Origin: Raillietiella orientalis
Taxonomy: Eukaryota
Reading direction: 5' to 3'
Assembly (NCBI GenBank): GCA_036172245.1
Contig: JAYWIR010000028.1
Coordinates: 1,550,001 to 1,614,000 of the forward strand
Length of the DNA: 64,000 nucleotides
The stretch's first letter is position 1. The number at the start of each line of letters is the position of its first letter. A program made the translations under genes and the position numbers. Shown piece after piece: positions 38,831-48,600 of the stretch. The notes beneath the pieces are model-generated. The model worked only from the letters and a program-made list of their open reading frames with translations, had not been told where the DNA came from and ran no database searches.

Positions 38831-40849
38831 AGGGATAGGCTGGATACGCTGATGAGTAGTGCCTACAGCACGGTTCCCGGCAGATGGCACAGCCGAGTGC
38901 CGTTTTCTGCGAGTTCCCTTCTGGGAAGATCGTTGAGCGCCCTCTTGGAGTTGGCCCCCGGCGGCATCCTGCAGGGAGGAAAAGCACGTTTATTACCTGG
39001 TCACGCCTCTACAGGTAGGATCCTCAAGGGACGCACCCACTGCGAGGCGGTGGGAACTCTTCCGCTTGTGTTCTTAGAATGCTCCACAAGCTGCAGCAGG
39101 ACCGGAACGCGCGTCGCAGGGGCAATTTACCTCGCGCTGATGCTCTCCGGGATCTTCGTCGGCAGCAGCGTGCCATCAGCGGCGATCGCTGAAGCGGAAG
39201 AGAATGGCTACCATCCCGAGTGCCGTTTGCAACCTCCGTCTCTCCCATGGAGGGGTACAGAGATGGGGTGGCAGTGCAAGGGAACCTCAAAACAGCTCTC
39301 AACCAGAGCTTGGTTCTATACGACGTAGGCCTTCTGCAATCACGATCTTCGCTGTGAGACCGGTCCGTCCCACCGCCTGTTCATGGATTTATCTGTTGGG
39401 TCTTCCTCCCTTTCCTCCGCCTCCTCCCTGTTTCTGTCTACATTGAGATTGAGCTCCTTTCGCTTCCAGCCGATTCACGGTAGACCCTGCCTGGGTGTGA
39501 ATTTCATTTCTTTATTTATTTTTCCGAAGCGGAGCTCAGATGCTGATGCCCGAGGCAGAGGGTCAGCATTGCGGCTGCTAACCGGAAATCCGACTGCTCT
39601 TCGATCTTGCCAACTGGAATTTGGACCACATGGACGCCAAAGTGGAGCCAAACGTCCATGGCGAACTCCAGCCTGAGCGACCGGACGTCCCGGCTGAAGA
39701 CGTATGGGATGCGAGGGCGAAATCACATTCTATGGAGCGGAGAGCATGCTGCGATGTGGTGGTGTAATGGGAACACCTTGGGTAAGCTGTGTTCCTACAT
39801 CCTTCTCGAGTTGATTTCCGAAGCTCCGACATTCATTTGTCAACTTTGAATGAACGGTCCAGAAGTCTGGAATGAGGTCATGCCGAGGCTCTTTGGTTTA
39901 CCGAAAGATAAGCACGGCATTAGAACTGGGTTCGTACAGGGTCGTGAAGAATGGGTCGTGGTTAGGGAAGGGGGAGAGAGAGAGAAGGGGGAGAGGGGGG
40001 AAGATTCTGGAATGGCATGATCAGTAAAGATAAATAAGAAAAGAAAGATTGAAATAATAGGGGGGAGGGAGAACTGTGATCTCCAGCCCTTCTAGCCCTC
40101 ACTCGTCGCGAGATGCGGGCGACATCCTTTTTCGCTGGTGAAGTCACGTGGCGCCACCTCACCGCTCTCCATTGGAAAGACGGCGAATGGGGGAGCGGGG
40201 AAACGAACTGCTGGTCCATCATCGTGCGATCCGCAGCGACCCCTATCGATTCCTCGATCGCCAAGGATCGAAAAATGTGCTGACCCGAGGCACCAATGGC
40301 CGGAGGGAGCGCTCCTCGCCATGTTCCCTCCCCTCCCGTCGCAGCGGACCCCGCCTGCATCCCCAAGCGCTCTCCCCCGATGCTTTAGGCAACGTTTCCC
40401 GTTTTCTCTGGCCTCGATCCCAAGAGTTGCTCTCTTCCCGAAGATCCACTAGACTTGCAGACTTTTGCGCACCTCTCCCTCCAGCGAATGGTGCGGAGGG
40501 TCTCCTCTGCGAGTGAAATTTGCCCTCTCCCTTGATCTACCCCACCTGCCCACAGTTCCGCCAAACTTTCTCCTTCCATGGTTTCCTCCCCATCGGTCCC
40601 GGGACGGCACAGAGGTGCAGAACCGCTGCCGAGCGTCGAAGGAGGGAAACTGCTGCTACTGTCTGGGGCGCGTCTTTAAGCAAACCCTCCGGGTCAGCTA
40701 CTACGTGCTCGTTGCAGGTCAAACGCTTGCTTTTTTTTCTACTTCGGAGGAAAATTCGGCCACTTCTGGCGGCTGCCCGCCGCATTCGGCGTGTGATTTA
40801 AGATCGGCGGTTTTCCTCTTGCAGAGTGCCGCTCCTGGGTGATTCTGTG

Positions 40850-41150
40850 CGCAGGTACCCTCCACTAAGCGGAATGGAGGGACTTGCCTCTCGCTGACCC
40901 GAACCCTGTGGGCGGCCCCAGTCTCTCTTGCAAATCAGACCTTTCCATTCTTTGGTCTTCGACGCGCGGAAATCGAGCGGTGTGCGGTGACAGCGTGCTG
41001 AACATGGCGGTCCAGCGATGTCTAAGATTCCCACCCTCTCCCTGAAAGCTTTCCTGAAGGAAAGTTTGACCAGGACGAGTGGACCAAGGATACGCTCGGG
41101 AGACGGAAGAGCCCTCTTTCCTGCTCCTGTTGGTAGCTTGGGCACCCAAA
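40850..41150 (-). mobile_element. LINE RT core remnant
   Basis: LVLVKLSFRKAFRERV (LDF.KAFDRV-like) followed by GRPQG. Confidence 0.45.
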
Positions 41151-41885
41151 GCACACGCGGGAAGAGATTTCCAAGAGCACCGAACCAGGATTTCGCCTTT
41201 GTGGCCGCCTACGTCGTGCTTCCTGTGACGTGCTCAACATGAGATCTGACTCACCCTGGTGTCTGGGAGAGCTTCCGGGTGTTTCACGAGAGCGTTCTGT
41301 GTGGGACGCCGGCAGACATGGCCAACCGATGCCATGCGGACGGTATCGGAGTGGCTCGTGGAGCTCGGGCTGCATCCGCCTTCAGCAAATGTGTGGCTTC
41401 ATGAAACGAGTCACAGCGCGCGCGCGTGCGAACGTGGCTACCGGATGGAGTGAGGAATCACTCGTCCACCTGGCGGGCAAAAAAGATAGGAAAGTCGCCA
41501 TCTCTGGAGCGCGCGCGAATCCCAGCCGAAGATTTCGGGCGACCCCCTTCGGGATCCAGCGTTTCCCACGCAACGGACGCGCGCCGAGGCCGTCGTTTCG
41601 AGCCTCCGAGAAAGCGTAGCGGGAATCTCGGAAGCGGAAGTCACGTTCGGCGAGCGCGTGGGTGCAGCTGCTGAGGGCATCCAGGTGAGAGCATCCACCC
41701 GCTCGTTCGCTCCATCTCGAGAAGGTGAGCCGTTGTGCGCCGCTCCGAACGTTGCAGGAGCGTAGGTTGAGGAGGAGAAGGGGAAAGCAGTCCGAAAGGA
41801 CGCGGGCAAGAAGGGGAGAGCAGACATCCTTCTCCCTGATTGCGAGCCGCCAACCGCCCTCCTTGCAATCAACGAGCGGTTATCC

Positions 41886-42017
41886 GGGAGAAGTTTTCAT
41901 AACAGTGACCACTATTTAGGGGAGGTTTTTCATATCCCTAATCACCATTCAGGAAAGTCTCCAATATCAATAATTGCTGCTCGAGGGGAAAATCTTCATA
42001 TCAGTAATGGATATTCG
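41886..42017. repeat. Degenerate 33-bp minisatellite x4
   Basis: Units start at 41886, 41919, 41952 and 41985; consensus approx. GGGGAAAGTYTTCATATCAGTAAT..CTATTYR. Confidence 0.7.
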
Positions 42018-42105
42018 GTAATTATAGTTTTGGAAAGACGCAGGGGCTGAGGGGAAATCTTCCCTTTCAAACGGGAAGCAGTGATTTCAGACTACACAGG
42101 AGTTA

Positions 42106-42146
42106 ACACACACACATACACTCACACACACACACACACACACACA
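42106..42146. repeat. Interrupted (AC)n microsatellite
   Basis: Read directly from the sequence. Confidence 0.9.
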
Positions 42147-42286
42147 AAGAGAGAGATGAAGAGAGAGCAGCTCAGCTGTTTTTGAGAGGAAGATCCCTGT
42201 TTCTGAACTTCGAACGGCTTGCAGGAGCGCGCAGATTTTATTGTATGTTTTATTTTCTTCGTGTTTACGCACTTCAATTTCGGAGG

Positions 42287-42294
42287 TGACGTCA
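42287..42294. promoter_or_regulatory. Palindromic CRE TGACGTCA
   Basis: Exact motif; CAG|GTGAGG donor at 42776 downstream. Function is inferred. Confidence 0.45.
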
Positions 42295-45200
42295 TCTGGC
42301 GAGCCGAGTCGGCTCTATGCGTTTGCGCGTGCGTGTGATCGATGAAGCCGAACGCACTTTCCTTTCCAGCAGCTCCCACGTCTCTTCTGCTTCGGAATCA
42401 CGAGCCTCATGCGCCGTGCGTGTTTTCCTCCCTCCTCCACGGCACGCAGAGGAAGAAAGAAAGAAAACGAAACAAAAAAACAACAAAACAAACAATCTTT
42501 CTCTCTCCGTTCCTTTTTTTTTTTTCTCTTTTCCTTTCGAGTGGGATTTGCTTTCAGAAGGTGGAGCGGCGGATGGACGGCTCCTTCCTCACCTGGGAGC
42601 TGTTTCCCGTGGTAAACTGCCGACATCTCGTCCAGGCATCTGCTGAATTCGCCAGCGCGCGTTGCGGCGAGGAGGAGAAGCTTCGCAAGGCACGGAAACT
42701 CGATGAGAGCGGGTCCAGCGCTCGGGAGGGAGATGCAGAGTGCTGAGACGTGATGCTCCTCGAGCGGCGGCTCAGGTGAGGAGCTCGGGGTAAGGCAGCA
42801 CTGCCGCCCCCCGCCAGCCCCCAGCGAACTGAAGATGAGGATGCCGTCCGCGGAGAGGGCGAGGAGGGATCACCTGTTGCCTCGTTCTCTTTTCCCCTCC
42901 CTCTCTTTCCTGCTATGCGCGCCTCGTCTGCCCGTGAAGCAGTGCTTTCTCCCCCGTTCGTCCCAGCCGATCTGATTTGGCAGCAGCCATACGTTGGAGA
43001 TGGCCGAAAATTCGTCAGGGAAAACCTTCAAATGCATCCGTCTGCGGTTCACCGCTGGAAAGACCTGGAGATGCAAAGCGTGTTCCTGTTCGGGTAGAGA
43101 GGGAAGTGGGTGGGAGGAGGAGGGAGGGAGGTTGAAAGTTCGAGTTGTCCTTGATGAATGGAAGATAGTTCCGCTTCTCTGGCACTTGGGATAAATGCTA
43201 CGATGTCTTCGAAGGTGCCTCTGTTCCAGGTGACAAAGCTACTTCATTCTGTGCACCCGAGCGGACGGAAATTCCCATTTAGAATCATCTGGCGTTTCCA
43301 GTACGCATGCTTCCCCAAAATACATCGAATCAGAGGCATCTGTCTTCATCATGGCTCTTCCGAAGTCTGTGAATGAAAGCTGCAGCCAGTTAAATCGAAA
43401 GCCTCGCTTTCAACGGGGAAGTATAGCATCCTGAAGTTCCACTTCTTTTCTTTTTTCGTTTTTAATGGGAAAAAAAAAAGGGGGGGGGGGGAGGGTAAGA
43501 AGAACCAGAAAACAGAAACAAGGACCCGAATGCCGTGACACGGCGTGATGGCACGAGGAGATTAGCGCTCATTCCTGGGAGATAATTACCCGGCGCAATG
43601 ATTGCTGAGAATGGCTTCATAGTTCTTCATTTTTGTGAGCTGAATCACACGGCTTCAGTGTCGATTTCACTTGAAATTAGTCATAGGAGGCGAGCAGCAA
43701 ACCTTTGCGGTTGCACAATGCTCGTCATTGTGCAGCGCCCGTTCCATTAATGAGATTTCCAATTCATCAATAATAGGTGCAGAAACATTGCAACAGCAAG
43801 TGAGAACATGTGGATCCATTTACTGAGACGCCTGGGATATTGGCTAGACGCAATTACTTGCCATCTATAGCCTGGTAAGAACAGGGAAGTCATTAATTTC
43901 AAAGAAAATATTGTTCGCCGGATCGCAGGCAGATATGTGGGGGGGGGAGGAGGGACCCTGCAGAGTTTTAGCGTTTGTAGCGTGCTCCTCGCTTTATGGC
44001 TTCCTTCCTCGTGATTGAAAGTTGGACCTTATTTTCAAAATGGCGGATGTCAGGAGCTCCACGTCCCTCGACTCCATGCAATCGTTCATAGTGCCGTGGT
44101 GGGTTGCTGCTTGCAGCCGAAGGCAAAGTCGAGATGGCGCAAGAACTCTTCTCGAACTGGGGCGATCCCGCCTTGCTTCTTCTTCTTGCAGAGGTTGCAT
44201 CTCCAGCACGGAGGGCGAAGTTTCGTGGAGCCTAGATCATGGATATCTCTTAGGAGACCGTTCCTTGGAGTAACAGTTTCAAACTGCGGATTAGGAATGC
44301 ATTTTTTATCGGCTAGCAGCAATCGCGTCTCCGTTTCCGCCCCCCCGACTACCATATTGCTCTTGCGCAGAGAAATAGATGGACAGCGGAAGGCTACTGC
44401 GTGCTCTCTCTTTACCACTTACTGAGAAAAAGAGAGAATTTCCGCATCACTCAGCAAACAGGTCGTCGTTTTATAGCTGGATCAAGAAACGAAACGGGAA
44501 ACAAAAGGGATGTTTCACTGTGTGGTATATCCTGGAATCGTGTTTTGGTGTTTTCGAGGAATTTTGGCGAGCAGTCTCTGGAAAGTGTTTCTCCTTTTCT
44601 CTTGCGCGGGCATGTCCGGCGACCCTAACAGCAAAGTTGCTTTTAGCATCCAGGTTCGCCCTTTGTCTGTTTCAACGTAACAACAACTTCCATGGAGGAT
44701 TTCAGATCGCAAGGGAGTCACGTAGGGGTTGCTTTTTCACAGAGTGTAGCTGCACGAACAGCACTGTGATGGGAAAGCACCAATCTGAATTTGCAATGTA
44801 CCCATCTGACTCTCCTCACTTCCTCTGCGGCGGAATTCGCCTCCTTTTTGCATTTCGGCATGCCGAATTCCCATCTCGCCCAAAACTTCCGAATACTTCA
44901 CAAGGGATGGTGAAATCCCGCTTCCTAAGGCATGGACCTCCTGGCAGATTCCCCGTGCTCGAGCTGAGAGCCAAGCTGCAGACCATCGGAAAGAGAGAAT
45001 TCCTCCGCGCACGGTTTCTTTGATTCGCTCCTCGCGGAAGCCCCCGTTGTCCGAGAAAGCGGAAATTGGAAGTCGGGCGACAGCCAAAAAAAAAGCCCGG
45101 GCGTTCCCACTTCGCTGTGCAGGGGCCGACCGTCGCTGAACCCTCCAGTGGCGGACCTGGGGTGTTCCCAGCCAGGGCCGCAGAGATCAGAAAAAAAGGA

Positions 45201-45865
45201 GCGCCGTCATATTTGCTTTCCACGTGGATCGCAATTTCGTGCTCAGCAGATCCGAAACGAATTCCGCTTGTCCATGGAAACGGTCGGTCGAGCAGCGTCC
45301 CATGAAAAAGAAATGATGGGAGAGCGCATCCAACGAAACTGATGCTCATTCCCAGCACGAAAGAGTTATGGAAAAGTGAATCGGCGATTATGGTGCGGTG
45401 CATCGGTTGCGTGCGTGAAGCGGCCCTTTTCTCCTTTGCTTCTTCTTTGGTTTCTCTGCAGGATCCCAACGACCTTCGCTCTTTCTGTCAGCGAGCCATC
45501 AGATTTGCCATCGCGTTTGCCGCCGCCTCAGCCACCGTGATTCTTCTGTTCGGCCGGATTCCTTGTAGTGAAGTGACCGTTGATAGTGGGTTGCCATAGC
45601 GTGCGATCACACGAGAGGACCTGGTGGTCATTCTTGCACTCTCCCACTTGACACCGAGAGATCGCATTTCGGCTGTCCTGACTGCTTGGAAAGAAACTGC
45701 ATCGGCAGACGGACGAATTGGGAGATTCGGAAGAGGAAAAGAACGCAAGGGAGTCGTCCAGCTCATCAGATACTCAAAGAGTTCTCTCCGAGATCCCCTG
45801 AAAACGGTGCGACTGTGCCCGGATGACATGTGAAACTGGGAATTCACTTGGGATTGTATCTGGAC

Positions 45866-47490
45866 CGCGTTGGTGGTCGTGTGGCTGCGGTCTCCGCATG
45901 TGGCGCCGAGAGCTGCAACTTCGAATCCCCACGTGGAGAACGAGAGGTGCGTCGTTGCTTTTGAGTCGCCCCCCCTCCCCTTCCCGCCGAAGGACGATGC
46001 TGCTCGGCCTACAGGGTTCTCGTGCTGTGGAAGCAGACGGTTGACTGGTCGGGATCGGAAGTCGACCTTCCAGGGTCCAGGAATCGAAGAGCCGGTTCCC
46101 TCTCCGGTTGTGAAACCGGAACCGCCCTCCATCGCGTACCACGGAGCTGGTCGATTCCTCTCCAGGATGGCAAGAAGCGCGCTGCCGCCTTCGGGAGGCG
46201 CCCTTCAGAGAAATTGGGAAGCGTCCCTCCGAGGTTCTCTTCAGAGGAGGAGGAAACGGGGCGAGGTTCCCTTGCGGATTCCCTCTGGAGAAGAAATTCC
46301 AAGGGGAGGTCCTTTCCGTGTTTCCTTCGGAGAAGAAATCAGAAGTGCGGTCCTTTTAGGGAGATCCCTCCGGAGAGAATAAGAAAGAAGTTTTCTTCGG
46401 GGTTCCTTTCTGAGGCAACCAGGGTGAAGGGTTCTTTTCTGAGTTCCCTACCAAGGGTGAGGGGAACGGATTCCTTCCTCTGCAGTCCTTCCGAGATTCA
46501 TAGGATGCTTCCTAAATTGAAAAGTGACTACACGCACCCTCGAGTGCCGTGGAACAGCATTAAAGAGTTTCACGAGTCCTCAGGCAAACACTTCTTCAGT
46601 ACTCAGCGAACCAAAAAAAAGGAAAAACCGAAAAAAACAACAACAAAAAAGCTGGAGGGAAAGCGAAAAAAAAAAGAAGAATACCAAAGGATTCCCATCA
46701 TCATCCCACGGACTTGTACGCTGGAGAGAGCTGCTCGACATCCCTCCAGAGGAGGTGAAGTGGCCCTCAGGGTGCTGAAATAGTGGTGCCTTCCCCTTCG
46801 AGTGGAAGGAGTTGACGTTGCTAGTGTTTCATGGGGGAATCCCGTGCGAAGCGCGCCTTCACCACTGGACACGGGGAGGGGGGCCGGGAGGGTGGACGCT
46901 TAGTGCGAGACAGGAGCGGTGAGGAGACCCTCCTGCACCTGCCGTTGAACTGTGCTGCCCTCCAGCCCCCTTGGAATCGCCTTGCGACGATCCTAGGTAG
47001 CCCGACGAGTAACCCCAGGGACATTTTCAAAAGCCTCTTTTCGCGTGCCGCTCTCCCGCCAGCCGCGACCCTTGCAGTTCTCTGCTGCGTCCGCGGGATC
47101 ATGGCGGCCTGGAGCTCCAGAGGAGGCCGAAATGGCAGAGACGCCATCCATTGGGCGCTTCCTGAAGACCGCCTCGAGATATCCCCACCTGGGATAGACA
47201 CGAACGGAACTTGCAAGCATCCTGAACAGGATGCAGAGGACGCCTGGCAGCGTACCGTGATCCCTTCCTCGGTCCTTACCCCCCTTCCCCGTGTATGTAA
47301 TCCCCTCCCCTGTTTTGTTTATTTTTTGTGTGTTCCGTTTTCCTTCCCCCACGCTGCCGAAGCGAACCTCACCGGTCTGCGTACCACTCTTCGGTAGGTT
47401 TATTGAGCGTGGTAGAACCTTTGGTTCTACCACAAAAATATTTATTCATATCTTTAAGTAAGAAATGCCCCGGCACAACCGGATATGATA
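45866..47490 (+). mobile_element. Internally deleted LINE derivative (5' head/body joined to the zf-RVT/C-terminus and 3'UTR)
   Basis: 45878-46319 is near-identical to 31032-31473. From ~46710 it reads RWRELL...KW...FHGGIPCEARL...EETLLHLPLNC...WNRL...LAVLCCVRGIMAAW, homologous to 33680-33930 (-) and 9440-9790 (+). The 3'UTR aligns with 33430-33680 (-). Confidence 0.7.
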
Positions 47491-47499
47491 ATCACCCTT

Positions 47500-48600
47500 T
47501 AGGTTCCTCTGCTCGAGAGGAAAATGCGAAACTTAGAATTCACTTGGAATGGGCCGCAACTCGTGATGCGATCTGAGAAATCAAATTTTACTCAGCATTA
47601 GAGAAACGTTCAGTCCCAAGGCTGTGCGTGGAGCATTTGAGAGACTACGTAGGTGATGGTGCACCCTTCGATTTCCAATGGAAAGTCATCTTGAGGAGCC
47701 TTCCTTTCTAAAATCTCAGTCCTGAGTTCATCTCCCACGAGAAATTCATTGGAGGATCTCCTTCCATCCGCGCATCCAGCTTTGCCATTCTCAAAGATGC
47801 TCTTTGACTATCCAAGTCGATTTCTGGACCCGAAAGGGTCACTGCGCTCGGAGAAGGACGTTTTCAAGGCAGCAGGCGGAAGGTGCAGGCCGAGATCGTT
47901 CTGCTCGCTACAGTTGCTAGGTACCTCCCCCAATGCTCAGTGTTCAGCGTCCACGACATCCTGAAACAAGTGGAGAGGTCTCCGCTTGCTTCCCACGGAA
48001 GTCAAAGAAAGCGATCAATTCTGCGGGCTCCCATGGGGTCCACGACGCACCTCTGATAAAGAGACTGAATATACAGTTTCTCCGCCACGAGATGGCAAGC
48101 GCCCAGCAAGGGAAGCAGGAAGAAACTTCATTCCCTGATTTGTTGTATGAAAGCGCTTCGCGTTCGGGCTCATCAGCCCCACAGCACTCCCTTTGAGGAT
48201 CCCATCCTGATGAAATTCAAAGCCTCCTACAGCAGAAAGCGCATCTGACAAGACTTCCCGTAACTTGAGATCCGGGCGATTCTGAACGCTCTGCTATATC
48301 GCACAAGAGCACACAGCCCCAGGGCTATAGTTCTTTTTCTTGCTTGGTGAGCGAAGACTCAGTCGCCCCGTGCTGCGCAGGGAATCTTTTATGGACCTTT
48401 CCTTTCCTGAATGCAATCTGACTTCTGTGTGATACAAGACATCACCGCATCGCCTCCACAGCGAGCGATGTTGCACCCCGGGTGATGTCTGATGAAATTT
48501 ACGCTCTAGACGAAAGCATCTCCCCGTGTAAAATTTCAGCGATGTCTGGGCGAGTTTTCGGTGGTCGCTGATGAAGGATGCGGTGAAACGGTCGGGAAGA
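47500..48600 (+). mobile_element. LINE ORF2 linker and RT N-terminal remnant
   Basis: 47620-47850 resembles the linker at 35820-36060 (-); TAPG (48313, KSPG-like); D.KI-like at ~48490. Confidence 0.4.

Noticed and set aside
41886..42017. CRISPR-like array (also considered for 62191-62408)
   Set aside because: Units are contiguous with no unique spacers, there are no cas genes, and the context is eukaryotic with spliceosomal introns.
42593..42876. Minus-strand exon MSAVYHGKQLP with CAG|GTGAGG donor
   Set aside because: Its acceptor lacks a pyrimidine tract and I found no downstream minus-strand coding exon; a + strand non-coding exon ending at 42775 fits at least as well.
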